From a bacterium (GTDB lineage: Bacteria; Krumholzibacteriota; Krumholzibacteriia; G020349025): a stretch of 64,000 bases of DNA. A program made the translations under genes and the position numbers. Under the pieces are notes generated by a model. The model was not told the origin of the DNA and searched no databases. It saw nothing but the letters and a program-made list of their open reading frames with translations. Location: NCBI GenBank assembly GCA_031362565.1, contig JANLSU010000121.1, positions 10,072-74,071 on the forward strand, read 5' to 3'. This document shows positions 9,771-19,516 of this stretch, piece by piece (within the stretch, counting starts at the first letter, position 1; the number at the start of each line of letters is the position of its first letter).

Positions 9771-10202
9771 GTGAAGAAACGATGGCCGCATGACGGCGTC
9801 TATGCCCGCATCGCGTATTCGCGCCTGCATGGCGTGGGCGTGGGGGCGATCCGCGACATCCCGGCCGGAACACTGGTGTTCCGCGGCGAGAGCGAGCGCG
9901 TCACGTGGGTGTCGCGCGCCGCGGTGCGGCGAATGCCCTCGGCCATCCGGCAATTGTATGAAGACTTCGGCATGGTCTGGGGGGACCGGATCGGTGTGCC
10001 GCCGACCCTGAACATGTTGTCGGTCGGGTGGTACGTGAATCATTCCGACCGCCCGAACGTCGAGGCGGGTGAAGACGGCCGTTTCCGGGCGATGCGCCGG
10101 ATCCGGAAAGGCGAAGAGTTGACCGCCGACTATCGAACCTTCACGGACGAGGGGCTCCCGTTCAAGCCGAAGCGATCCGCACCCGCGCGACCGCGCGCCT
10201 GA
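9771..10202 (+). CDS. SET-domain protein (putative lysine methyltransferase)
   Basis: HGVGVGAIRDIPAG, YVNHSDRPN, RRIRKGEELTADY. Confidence 0.88.
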   Translation: MKKRWPHDGVYARIAYSRLHGVGVGAIRDIPAGTLVFRGESERVTWVSRAAVRRMPSAIRQLYEDFGMVWGDRIGVPPTLNMLSVGWYVNHSDRPNVEAGEDGRFRAMRRIRKGEELTADYRTFTDEGLPFKPKRSAPARPRA

Positions 10203-10343
10203 ACGCCGGTCCTAGGCGGGCGCCGCCGCGGCGGCCGGACCCACTTGCCGGTACACCGCGTTCCGGAGTCCAATGGAGTCCTCATTCCCGATCACCAAGC
10301 CGCTGCCATGCGCGAGCGGACACCCTCGACGGGAGGCCCGGAG

Positions 10344-10760
10344 ATGGCCGCAGCGAAAACCAAACCGACAGCTGTGAGTGTCAGCGCATTCATCAACGCT
10401 GTCCCTGACGAAGAGCGCCGCCGTGACTCGCGGACACTCTTGAAAATGATGAAAAAGGCCACGAAGGCCGAGCCGAAGATGTGGGGCCCGACGATCATCG
10501 GATTCGGGAGCTACCACTACAAGTATGCGAGCGGCCACGAAGGGGACATGTGTATCACGGGCTTCTCGCCACGTAAGGCAGCGTTCTCGATTTACGTCCT
10601 GGGCGACATCGAGGGTCAGGCGGGTCTCCTGAAGAAGCTCGGCAAGCACCAAGCCGGAAAAGCGTGCCTCTATATCAAACGCCTCTCCGACATCGATCTC
10701 GAGGTGCTCGAGGAACTTGTCACACGTTCCGTGAAGTCCGTGAAGGTAAAGTGGAGTTGA
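10344..10760 (+). CDS. DUF1801 (YdhG-like) protein
   Basis: MWGPTIIGFGSYHYKYASGHEGD, GFSPRK, LGKHQAGKACLYIKRLSDID. Confidence 0.88.
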   Translation: MAAAKTKPTAVSVSAFINAVPDEERRRDSRTLLKMMKKATKAEPKMWGPTIIGFGSYHYKYASGHEGDMCITGFSPRKAAFSIYVLGDIEGQAGLLKKLGKHQAGKACLYIKRLSDIDLEVLEELVTRSVKSVKVKWS

Positions 10761-10779
10761 CCCTTCCCGATCGGTTGCC

Positions 10780-11400
10780 ATGCGGCTCTCGATGATCCGG
10801 TTCCGCACGATCGCCGGCCTCGCCGCCATCCTGGGTGGAGCTTTGGCTCTCGGAAATTGCGACTCACCCTCGGGCCCTGTAGCCCCGCGCCCGTTCTTTC
10901 CACTCGCAACCGGAAACTACTGGGTGTACGTCGACAGCTTGTTCGATCATGGCAATGTCGTCCAAGTGCGCGTCGATACCTCGATTGTGACCGGCACTGG
11001 CAGCGCGCTCGGGGGGTTGTGGTGGCAGATCAGGCAACGCACGCCCGGCATGTCGGACGTGGGTTCACAAGTGCAACTGCGCGACGATGGGCTGCATGCG
11101 GTGATGTTTGGATTTCCAGGGCGTTTCTACGAGTCACGCACGCTCTTGGTGCCACGCGACACCGCCTACAGCTATAACTATCTATTCCAAGGCGACATCG
11201 CGGTGTATCGGACGGTGCGCAAACTGCCGGGCCGTGTGACCGTTCCGGCGGGCACGTTCGGGGATTGCGTCGAGTACGAAGATCAATTGGCCACCAATGT
11301 CCTGGCCCAGGGTGTCGGCATCCTGCGGCGCACGACGCCAGTCGACTTCTTCGACTCGACGCGCACGACGTCGACTCTCGTCGATTTCCGGTTGCGCTAG
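10780..11400 (+). CDS. Hypothetical lipoprotein
   Basis: Hydrophobic leader ending LALGNC; 'FFPLATGNYWVY', 'VTVPAGTF', 'LAQGVGI'. Confidence 0.7.
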   Translation: MRLSMIRFRTIAGLAAILGGALALGNCDSPSGPVAPRPFFPLATGNYWVYVDSLFDHGNVVQVRVDTSIVTGTGSALGGLWWQIRQRTPGMSDVGSQVQLRDDGLHAVMFGFPGRFYESRTLLVPRDTAYSYNYLFQGDIAVYRTVRKLPGRVTVPAGTFGDCVEYEDQLATNVLAQGVGILRRTTPVDFFDSTRTTSTLVDFRLR

Positions 11401-12513
11401 TTACGCCAGCCCACGTTGCTGCCGGGCCGCCCGGATCCGCCGCACCGTCGCATCCGCAATGGCAGGCACCGCCGACTCGGGGTACGGGGCGACGCTGCTG
11501 ACGTTGATCTCGCAGAGAACATAGGTGTCCTCCCCCTTCGCGTCCTTCGGGCCCAACAGAAAATCGCAATCCCACAGGATCGGCACGGCCTCGCGGTCGA
11601 TCTCCAGAAGTTGCAGCGCGGCCGGCACCCACTCCTGCTCCAACTGGTGTTTGAGGGCTTGAAACTCCGGCTGCGTCGCGGGGTGGTACAACCGCGGCCC
11701 CGGCTGCGGGGCCGCCGCCGGCGATGCGCCGTCGGGTGCAGGAAATAGCGCATTGATCGCCTGATGCCCAAATCCCGCCACTTCGCGGTCGACGAGATAA
11801 CAGCGAATCATGCCTTCCGGGAGCCGCTCCTGATACTCCTGGTCGATCATGCGCCCGTTGCCGGCAAAGTACGGCGCGCACCGCGCGGCGAATTCGCCCA
11901 AAGTGATTTCTTCTTCGATGCAGTCGCGTTTGGCGTGACGGACACGCAGCATGGTTTCGGCGTTCACCAAAGCAAAGGGACGCGGCGACTCACCACCAGG
12001 AACTCGGTCCGCCGGCAGTTGGACCTTCCACACGCCATTTCCCCCGTTGCCGCGCCACTGTTTCAGGACGCGCGCTTTTCCGGTTGCGAGCCGCGCCGGC
12101 AGCTCGCGGCACATTTGCTCGAGACTGTCATACCGATGCGTGTCGGACCCCCAGCCGACGGCGCGGGTTCGAACCAGGACGTCTTTTGTCCCCAACTTCA
12201 AGATCACATCGGGATGGGTGCTGACGAAGATGCCGGCGGCTGCCACATCGCGGAGCATCGAATCGAGGACGGACCGGTCCCGGCCGTTTTCAATGGGGTT
12301 GCACCACACGAGCACGCCATCGACGCGCAGGAGTTGCTCCCGCACTTCGGCGCAGAATTCGTCGTGATACACGGCCGGCTCGACGTCGAGACCCTTGGCG
12401 CCAAGCGCACGAAACACATCTGCAAACCGGTTGTTGGCCGGTGTTGCGGTTCGCCTTGCCTCGGGATTGCCGGGGTAGAGAATCGCGACTTGGCCGTGAT
12501 TTTCTGGCGCCAT
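11401..12513 (-). CDS. Cj0069-family ATP-grasp protein
   Basis: VSTHPDVILKLGTKDVL, RVLKQWRGNGGNGVWKV, EGMIRCY, LWDCDF, YVLCEINVSSV. Confidence 0.8.
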   Translation of the reverse strand: MAPENHGQVAILYPGNPEARRTATPANNRFADVFRALGAKGLDVEPAVYHDEFCAEVREQLLRVDGVLVWCNPIENGRDRSVLDSMLRDVAAAGIFVSTHPDVILKLGTKDVLVRTRAVGWGSDTHRYDSLEQMCRELPARLATGKARVLKQWRGNGGNGVWKVQLPADRVPGGESPRPFALVNAETMLRVRHAKRDCIEEEITLGEFAARCAPYFAGNGRMIDQEYQERLPEGMIRCYLVDREVAGFGHQAINALFPAPDGASPAAAPQPGPRLYHPATQPEFQALKHQLEQEWVPAALQLLEIDREAVPILWDCDFLLGPKDAKGEDTYVLCEINVSSVAPYPESAVPAIADATVRRIRAARQQRGLA

Positions 12514-12529
12514 GGAATTCGCTAGCCGT

Positions 12530-12793
12530 TCAGAGCAATCGGCGGAGTTTCGCGAAGCCCTTCTTGATCTCGTCGGCGGCGAGCTCGAGCGACGCCCCGA
12601 CTTCGGTGGCCGTCTCTCCGACGACTTTGGCCGCGGGCCGGGTGCGATCTTCGAGCGCGTCCAGCTTCGCCTCGAGCTTGTTCCACTCATCGCGCGTGTC
12701 GGCCTTGGCGAGGGTTATTTTGAGTGCCAATTCCTCGCGCTCGCGCTTGAGGGCCTCGACGGCTGCGTCGATCCGGCTCTTCTCTTCACTCAT
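12530..12793 (-). CDS. Small coiled-coil hypothetical protein
   Basis: AAGGAG RBS; 'LKREREELALKITLAKADTRDEWNKLEAKL...EIKKGF' amphipathic helical pattern. Confidence 0.7.
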   Translation of the reverse strand: MSEEKSRIDAAVEALKREREELALKITLAKADTRDEWNKLEAKLDALEDRTRPAAKVVGETATEVGASLELAADEIKKGFAKLRRLL

Positions 12794-12995
12794 GTTCGCC
12801 ATCTCCTTGCGTGTCGCGGGAGGCGGGGGTTCGCCGGCGGATCCGGCTGGTGGGGGCGCGAAATGACGCCTCATCATAGCACCGCCGGGCCTCGTGTCCG
12901 GATTCGAATCGAGCCGGCAATGGCCTTGAACCGTCGTCGCGACAAGAGGTTCCAGCGCCCGGCCAGACGGCGGCTCGCGACTCCAACGGCCCCTG

Positions 12996-13021
12996 GGAAC
13001 TTCTGGAGATCGACCTGCATT
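12996..13021 (+). promoter_or_regulatory. Putative ECF-sigma promoter GGAAC-N17-CATT upstream of the sigma gene
   Basis: GGAAC ttctggagatcgacctg CATT; same motif and spacing at 14832 and 15199. Confidence 0.6.
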
Positions 13022-13107
13022 GAGTTGGGGTCGGCAGACACGGAGCCGAAAGGCTACCCTGACAATCGACCCGCGGCGCCACTGGCGCCGCCCCACACGG
13101 AGTCCGA

Positions 13108-13710
13108 ATGACTGCGGTGCGCCCAGAGACCCACGACGCCAAGACCTTCGAGGCGTTGCTGCAGCCGGTGCTGCGGGTGGCGTACGGCGTCGCTCTGCGC
13201 CTAGCGCGCAACTCGTCGGACGCCGAGGACCTGGTTCAGGAAGCGGCACTGCTGGCTTTTCGCGCCTTCGCCAGCTTCGAGCTGGGGACAAATTTCAAAG
13301 CTTGGTACATGCGCATTCTGACCAATTGCTATTTCGCCAAGTATCGCCGCGTGAAACGTGGGCCCGAGTTCGTGGATCTGGACGACACTCCGGCGCTGTA
13401 CCTCATGTTCCAGACTGCGGGCGCCGGTTTGCATACACGTGGCGCGGATCCAGCCGGCGCGTTGCTCGAACGAATGGACTCGGAACAGGTCGCTGAAGCG
13501 ATTGCGGCATTGCCCGACGAATACCGCGTCGTTTGCGCCCTCTACTTCGTGGACGACCTGCCGTACCAAGACATCGCGGAGATCGTCGGTGTGCCGCTTG
13601 GAACGGTTCGATCGCGGCTGCATCGCGGGCGGCGCATGCTGCAGAAGGCTCTGTGGCACGTGGCGGAATCGCACGGCATCGTGACAGCGCTCACGGCCGC
13701 AGAAAATTGA
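13108..13710 (+). CDS. ECF RNA polymerase sigma-70 factor (SigR/SigH-like)
   Basis: DAEDLVQE, GTNFKAWYMRILTN, region 4 'YQDIAEIVGVPLGTVRSRLHRGRRML'. Confidence 0.93.
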   Translation: MTAVRPETHDAKTFEALLQPVLRVAYGVALRLARNSSDAEDLVQEAALLAFRAFASFELGTNFKAWYMRILTNCYFAKYRRVKRGPEFVDLDDTPALYLMFQTAGAGLHTRGADPAGALLERMDSEQVAEAIAALPDEYRVVCALYFVDDLPYQDIAEIVGVPLGTVRSRLHRGRRMLQKALWHVAESHGIVTALTAAEN

Positions 13711-13721
13711 GAGGACCTCGA

Positions 13722-13979
13722 ATGACACCCGACCGTTATACATGCGAAGAGGTGCTCCGGCGGCTCGATGATTTCCTCGACCGGGAGCTGGACGGCTCGG
13801 AAGAGAAGCTCGTCCAAGAGCACATCGACACGTGCGCCAATTGCCTGCGTGAGTACGAGTTCGAAAAGACCGTCTTGCAGCAGGTGAAGGCCAAGGTGCG
13901 GCGTTTGAGCGTCCCGGCGGATCTCATGCGACGGATCGCGCGGGCGATCGAAGCGGACTCGGCCGGCACCGACTCGTAA
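13722..13979 (+). CDS. Zinc-binding anti-sigma factor (zf-HC2, RsrA-like)
   Basis: CEEV...HIDTCANC (HxxxCxxC) directly downstream of the sigma gene. Confidence 0.88.
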   Translation: MTPDRYTCEEVLRRLDDFLDRELDGSEEKLVQEHIDTCANCLREYEFEKTVLQQVKAKVRRLSVPADLMRRIARAIEADSAGTDS

Positions 13980-13983
13980 CGCC

Positions 13984-14754
13984 TCAACCCGTTCGCACGC
14001 CGATGCCTTCCAGGAACGCCGCCGGCAAATGCCCCGCCGTCAGAGTGCGCGGATCGATCCAAGAAGCCCCCAGATGCCGCGCCTCCTCGAGTCCCAACGC
14101 CGCACTCAAATTCACGCAGCCCGCGAACACAGTGCGGGAAAGCGTCGTGCGGCGGAACGATGCGCCGTCGACGTCGGCGCTGCTCAAATTCGCACAGGCC
14201 AAATCGGCGTCGTCAAAACAGGCGCCGCGCAGATTCGCGCCGGTGAAATCCACCGCCGTGAGATTGGCGCCGCGGAACTTGGCGCCACTCAAGTTCGCCC
14301 AGCGGAAATTCGTCCCGCCCAGATCCGCCCCGGTCCAGTCGGCTTCGCAGGCGGAAATGCGCTGCGCGTCGGCGTTCTGCCAAACGGAGTCGTGGGCCTC
14401 GACGCGGTCGAAGTTGGCCCACATCGCGCTGGCGCGCGTCAGCTCCGCGCCGCGCAGGTTTGCGCCTTGAAAATTCGACGCGAGAAATTTTGCATCGGCA
14501 CACTGGGCGCCGCTCAGATCGGCGCCCGCGAGATTGCACGCCATGATGAGCGCCGCCCGTAGATCGGCGCCGGCAAGTGCGGCGTCGTGCAGATCGCCGT
14601 CCGAGAGGTCGGCGCCACGCAAATCGCTGCCGGTGAGATCGGTGCTCGCAAGCAACGCACTCATGGCGACAATGCCACGCAGGTCGGCACCGCGGAGCAC
14701 CGTGGTTTCGAGCTCGACGAGCACGGCGTTGTTTGCCTTGTGGCGAATTTCCAC
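13984..14754 (-). CDS. Pentapeptide repeat protein
   Basis: Tandem A(D/N)Lxx repeats; GTG start after GGGGAGGA. Confidence 0.9.
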   Translation of the reverse strand: MEIRHKANNAVLVELETTVLRGADLRGIVAMSALLASTDLTGSDLRGADLSDGDLHDAALAGADLRAALIMACNLAGADLSGAQCADAKFLASNFQGANLRGAELTRASAMWANFDRVEAHDSVWQNADAQRISACEADWTGADLGGTNFRWANLSGAKFRGANLTAVDFTGANLRGACFDDADLACANLSSADVDGASFRRTTLSRTVFAGCVNLSAALGLEEARHLGASWIDPRTLTAGHLPAAFLEGIGVRTG

Positions 14755-14831
14755 GCTGCAGTCCTCCCCATTTTCAGGTGGCGGCGCGATGCCCGGACGG
14801 GACGCACTGCGCCCGTCGATCCGGGGTCCGT

Positions 14832-14857
14832 GGAACTTGCGGCGGCACGGCACCATT
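14832..14857 (+). promoter_or_regulatory. Putative ECF promoter GGAAC-N17-CATT upstream of the second anti-sigma
   Basis: GGAAC ttgcggcggcacggcac CATT. Confidence 0.55.
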
Positions 14858-14946
14858 ATAGACACGCAGGGCGCCGCAGGTCATTCCCCCTTGGAAGGGG
14901 GCACCGCGGCAGGGAAGGAACCGGGGAAGTGCGATCCAAGGACGGC

Positions 14947-15180
14947 ATGAACTGCGAGGCACTGCTCCGCCGCCTGGACGACCATCTGGACAGGGAAACG
15001 GACCCCCAGACCAATCAGTGCATCCGCGCCCACCTCGAGACGTGTATCTTTTGTGCGACCTTGGCTCGAGTCGAATCGGATGTTCTCGGCAGGCTCCGCG
15101 CTGCGCTGGCGGCACCGCCAATGCCGGCTGGATTGGCCGCGCGGATTCACGCCGCGCTCGCCCGCGAACCCGATTCGTGA
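14947..15180 (+). CDS. Second zf-HC2 anti-sigma-like protein
   Basis: MNCEALLRRLDDHLDRE...HLETCIFC; paralogous pattern to 13722..13979. Confidence 0.8.
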   Translation: MNCEALLRRLDDHLDRETDPQTNQCIRAHLETCIFCATLARVESDVLGRLRAALAAPPMPAGLAARIHAALAREPDS

Positions 15181-15198
15181 CGAATACGGCGCGGGGAT

Positions 15199-15224
15199 GG
15201 AACCTTGGGCGCGTCCGGGCCATT
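15199..15224 (+). promoter_or_regulatory. Putative ECF promoter GGAAC-N17-CATT upstream of the glucosidase
   Basis: GGAAC cttgggcgcgtccgggc CATT. Confidence 0.6.
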
Positions 15225-15276
15225 GGCCCCTTGGAGCGCCGCGACTCGCGCCGCCGATACCGAGACGGAGGACGAC

Positions 15277-18069
15277 GTGCAAGGATCCGAAGCGAAGGGC
15301 CCGACCCCGCATACCGGCCGTGGTACCGGTCCCGAATGGACCCGCCTGCAGCAAGACGCGCGGCGCGAACAGAATTGGAAACGCTGGGGCCCCTATTTGT
15401 CGGAACGCCAATGGGGCACCGTGCGCGAGGATTACTCGGCCACCGGTGAAGCCTGGGATTCGTTCCCACACGATCAGGCCCGCAGCCGCGCCTACCGCTG
15501 GGGCGAGGACGGTTTGCTCGGGTTCACCGATCGCGAGTGCCGGCTCTGCTTTTCGATCGCGCTTTGGAACGGCCACGATCCGATTCTGAAAGAACGCTTG
15601 TTCGGCCTCACCGGCTCCGAGGGCAACCACGGCGAGGATGCCAAGGAGTGCTACTACTATCTCGATTCGACGCCGACGCACTCGTACATGAAGGCGCTCT
15701 ACAAATATCCACAGGCCGAATACCCGTACTCGTGGCTCGTGCAAGAAAACAGGACGCGCGGCAAGGACGACGGGGAGTTCGAGTTGCACGACACCGGTGT
15801 TTTTCAGGACGGCCGGTATTTCGATGTCTTTGCGGAATATGCCAAGGCGTCGGCCGACGACATCTTGATTCGCATCACCGTCGCGAACCGTGGCCCCGAA
15901 GCCGCCACCGTGCACCTGCTGCCGACGCTCTGGTTCCGCAACACCTGGGCCTGGGGTCGCACCGGCGAAGGCTATTGGGCGCGGCCGCGACTCGAGCGCC
16001 ATGGTGACAACGAAATCATCGCCGAACACTCGACGCTGGGCCGCTACAAGCTGGCCGTGGGCCCGGGGCCCGATGGCCGCCGGCCGGCGCTGCTCTTTAC
16101 CGAGAACGAAACCAACGGCCAACGCCTCTGGAACGTGCCGAATCCGATGCCCTACGTGAAGGATTCCTTCCACGAATACGTCGTGCAGGGCAACCAGGCT
16201 GCCGTGAACGCCGCGGGTACGGGCACCAAAGCCGCAGCGCACTACGTCTTGGATGTGCCGGCCGGACGCTCCGCCGTCGTGTGTCTGCGTTTGTGCGCTG
16301 ACGGTGTCGTTGCCCCAGCGCCCTTCGGCGCCGAGTTCGACCGGGTGTTCGCGACCCGCCAAGAAGAAGCCGACGAATTCTATGACAGTGTCGTGCAAAG
16401 CGCCGTGACGCCGGAAGAGCGGCGGGTCATGCGCCAGGGCTACGCGGGTCTTCTGTGGTCGAAACAGTTCTTCCACTACGTCGTGAAGGACTGGCTCGAA
16501 GGCGACCCGTCGATGCCGGCGCCGCCGCCCGAGCGCGCCACCGGCCGCAACAGCGAATGGCGGCACCTGCACAACCGCGATGTCATCTCGATGCCGGACA
16601 AGTGGGAGTATCCGTGGTATGCGGCGTGGGATCTCGCATTCCACATGCTGCCGTTCGCGAACGTCGACCCGGACTTCACCAAACAACAACTCGTGCTTTT
16701 CCTGCGCGAGTGGTACATGCACCCGAACGGCCAGATTCCTGCCTACGAGTGGGCGTTCGGCGATGTCAACCCGCCGGTGCATGCCTGGGCCGTGTGGCGT
16801 GCCTACAAGATCACCGGCCCTAAAGGCGGCCGCGACCGGCTCTTCCTAGAGCGCTGCTTCCAGAAACTGCTCATCAACTTCACCTGGTGGGTCAACCGCA
16901 AAGACATCATGGGCAAGAACGTTTTCGGCGGCGGCTTCCTCGGGCTCGACAACATCGGCGTTTTCGACCGCTCGCGGCCGCTGCCGACCGGCGGCCATTT
17001 GGAACAGGCCGACGGCACGGCGTGGATGGCCTTCTACTGCACGACCATGCTGTCGATGGCGCTCGAATTGGCGAGCGAAGACCCGGCCTACGAGGACGTT
17101 GCCTCGAAATTCTTCGAGCATTTCATCGCCATCACCGATGCCATGAACCACCTGGGTGGCGACGGCCTGTGGGATGAAACCGACGGTTTCTACTACGACA
17201 AGCTGCATGTGGACGGCACCCAAATGCCGCTCCGTATTCGCTCGCTCGTCGGCGTTATTCCGCTCTTCGCGGTGGAAATCCTCGAGGAACACACCTTCGC
17301 CAAGTTGCCCGGCTTCCGTAAGCGCATGGATTGGTTCCTGGAGAATCGCAAGGACCTGGCCGAGCATGTCACATACATGCAAAAGGGCCACAACGGCGGC
17401 CACGGCCACCGGCTGCTGGCGATTCCTTCCAAGGAACGGCTGCTGCGCGTGCTGCGTTACGTGCTCGACGAGGCCGAGTTCTTGTCGCCGCACGGCGTGC
17501 GCGGCCTGTCGCGCATCCACAAGGACCATCCGTACACGTGCAATGTGATGGGCGAGAATTACCACGTCGACTACACGCCGGCCGAAGGCAATACGGCGCT
17601 CTTCGGCGGCAACTCGAACTGGCGCGGCCCCATCTGGATGCCGCTCAACTACCTCCTGATCGAGTGCCTCGAACGCTATCACCACTTCTATGGGGATGAA
17701 GTCAAAGTCGAGTTCCCCACCGGTTCGGGCAATCTGCTCAACCTGCAACAGGTGGCGCAGGAACTCGCGAAGCGCATCGCGAGCATCTTTCTGCCGGACG
17801 CGACCGGACGGCGCCCGGTGCACGGCGAAGAGCTGCAATACACCACCGATCCGCATTGGAAGGATCTGGTGCTCTTCTACGAGTACTTCCACGGCGACAA
17901 TGGGCGCGGCGTCGGTGCGAGCCACCAAACCGGCTGGACGGCGCTCGCGGTGCGTCTCATCGAACAAGTCGCGAAGGCGCGCCGCGGCGAATCCACCAAC
18001 CTGACAAATCGCGACTCCTCGGTCGACGGAATCGAGCTGCCGCTACGGAGCGCCAGCCATGCGGTATGA
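15277..18069 (+). CDS. GH63-like (MGH1-like) glucosidase
   Basis: [68 protein letters not shown]. Confidence 0.9.
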   Translation: MQGSEAKGPTPHTGRGTGPEWTRLQQDARREQNWKRWGPYLSERQWGTVREDYSATGEAWDSFPHDQARSRAYRWGEDGLLGFTDRECRLCFSIALWNGHDPILKERLFGLTGSEGNHGEDAKECYYYLDSTPTHSYMKALYKYPQAEYPYSWLVQENRTRGKDDGEFELHDTGVFQDGRYFDVFAEYAKASADDILIRITVANRGPEAATVHLLPTLWFRNTWAWGRTGEGYWARPRLERHGDNEIIAEHSTLGRYKLAVGPGPDGRRPALLFTENETNGQRLWNVPNPMPYVKDSFHEYVVQGNQAAVNAAGTGTKAAAHYVLDVPAGRSAVVCLRLCADGVVAPAPFGAEFDRVFATRQEEADEFYDSVVQSAVTPEERRVMRQGYAGLLWSKQFFHYVVKDWLEGDPSMPAPPPERATGRNSEWRHLHNRDVISMPDKWEYPWYAAWDLAFHMLPFANVDPDFTKQQLVLFLREWYMHPNGQIPAYEWAFGDVNPPVHAWAVWRAYKITGPKGGRDRLFLERCFQKLLINFTWWVNRKDIMGKNVFGGGFLGLDNIGVFDRSRPLPTGGHLEQADGTAWMAFYCTTMLSMALELASEDPAYEDVASKFFEHFIAITDAMNHLGGDGLWDETDGFYYDKLHVDGTQMPLRIRSLVGVIPLFAVEILEEHTFAKLPGFRKRMDWFLENRKDLAEHVTYMQKGHNGGHGHRLLAIPSKERLLRVLRYVLDEAEFLSPHGVRGLSRIHKDHPYTCNVMGENYHVDYTPAEGNTALFGGNSNWRGPIWMPLNYLLIECLERYHHFYGDEVKVEFPTGSGNLLNLQQVAQELAKRIASIFLPDATGRRPVHGEELQYTTDPHWKDLVLFYEYFHGDNGRGVGASHQTGWTALAVRLIEQVAKARRGESTNLTNRDSSVDGIELPLRSASHAV

Positions 18070-19423
18070 CGTCATCGTCATCGGCAGCGGCCAAGCAGGT
18101 GTGCCGCTCGCGGCGCGGCTCGCGGAGGCGGGCAAGCGCGTGCTCATCGTCGAGCGCGCCTTGTTGGGTGGCACCTGCGTCAACACCGGATGCACGCCCA
18201 CCAAGACGATGATGGCGAGCGCCCGCACCGCACAGGTCGCGCGGCGTGCCGGCCGGCTCGGCGTCCACACCGGCCCCGTCGTGGTCGACCTGGCGGCGGT
18301 GGTCGATCGCAAGAACCGCATCGTCGAGGAATGGCGCGCCGGCGTGCAGCGCCGGCTCGAGGCGTCCGGCGACCGTTTGCAGTGGAAGCACGGCCAGGCC
18401 CGTTTTGCCGGCCCACACGAGGTCCAGGTGGGTGACGAAACCCACCACGCCGAAACCATCATCATCAATACCGGCGGCCGGCCTGTGCTGCCGCCGCTCG
18501 CGGGGCTCGAGCAAGTCGATTTTCTCGACAACGCCAGCATCATGCAGCTGCGCGACATTCCCAAACATCTCATCGTCCTGGGCGGCGGCTACATCGCCGT
18601 CGAGTTCGGGCAGATGTTCCGCCGCTTCGGCAGTGAGGTGACGATTCTGCAGCGCAGCAAGCACTTGCTGGGCCGCGAGGACGAAGACGTCGCCAAGGCA
18701 CTCGAGGACGCATTCTTAGCCGAAGGCATTCAAATTCGTTTCGGCGCCGAGGCCAAGGCGGTGTGGAAGGATCAGGACGGTCTGCGGGTGGAACTACAGA
18801 ATGGCACGTTAGTGCGCGGTTCCCATTTGTTGGTTGCCGTCGGCCGCGAACCCAACACCAAGGACTTGGGTTGCGACGCCGCGGGAATCGAGCTCGACAA
18901 GCGCGGTGCGATCGTCGCCGACGAACACTATCGCACCATGGCGCCAGGGGTGTACGCCGTGGGCGACGTTCTGGGCGGCGCGCAATTTACCCACAACTCG
19001 TGGGACGATCATCGCCTGCTCTTCGACATCTTGAACGGCCGCGAGCGCCATCGAAGCGGCCGGCTCGTACCCTACAGCGTTTTTACCGATCCGCAACTAG
19101 CGCGGGTCGGCCTGTCGGAAACCGAGGCCAAGGAGAAGGGCATCGCCTACGAAGCCGCCACTATGCCCTTCGCCAACATCGCCCGCGCCATCGAGCTGGA
19201 TGAAACCGCCGGCATTCTCAAGGTGCTCATCGATCCCAAGACCGAGAAGATTCTGGGGGCCGCCATCGTCGGCATCGAGGCCGGCGAACTGATTCATATC
19301 TTCGTCTCACTCATGCAAGCCGGTGCTACGGCCCGTGCCATCGTCGATGCGCAGGCCATTCACCCAACCCTCGCCGAAGGCGTGCAGTCGCTGGTCATGA
19401 GTTTGGACCGCTACAAGCTCTGA
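18059..19423 (+). CDS. Pyridine nucleotide-disulfide oxidoreductase (mercuric reductase-like/RclA-like)
   Basis: [33 protein letters not shown]; no C-terminal Cys-Cys pair. Confidence 0.88.
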   Translation: MRYDVIVIGSGQAGVPLAARLAEAGKRVLIVERALLGGTCVNTGCTPTKTMMASARTAQVARRAGRLGVHTGPVVVDLAAVVDRKNRIVEEWRAGVQRRLEASGDRLQWKHGQARFAGPHEVQVGDETHHAETIIINTGGRPVLPPLAGLEQVDFLDNASIMQLRDIPKHLIVLGGGYIAVEFGQMFRRFGSEVTILQRSKHLLGREDEDVAKALEDAFLAEGIQIRFGAEAKAVWKDQDGLRVELQNGTLVRGSHLLVAVGREPNTKDLGCDAAGIELDKRGAIVADEHYRTMAPGVYAVGDVLGGAQFTHNSWDDHRLLFDILNGRERHRSGRLVPYSVFTDPQLARVGLSETEAKEKGIAYEAATMPFANIARAIELDETAGILKVLIDPKTEKILGAAIVGIEAGELIHIFVSLMQAGATARAIVDAQAIHPTLAEGVQSLVMSLDRYKL

Positions 19424-19516
19424 GGCCCCGGCAGATTGACGGCGGATATCGTTGGCGTTAGGCTCGTAACGTTCCGCCGCAACGATCCACCGGCATTCAC
19501 GACCGAGAGGGCCTCC

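Noticed and set aside
13984..14754. CRISPR array or DNA-level tandem repeat
   Set aside because: The repetition is codon-level pentapeptide periodicity; no repeat-spacer structure or cas genes were seen anywhere in the window.
14881..16782. Long antisense or alternative-frame ORFs (e.g. 14881..16782, 29885..31717, 34751..36379, 55893..57506)
   Set aside because: They overlap well-supported genes and have Arg/Ala/Pro-rich, motif-free translations typical of shadow ORFs in high-GC DNA.
18059..19423. merA mercuric reductase
   Set aside because: No C-terminal Cys-Cys pair, no N-terminal metal-binding domain and no mer operon genes.
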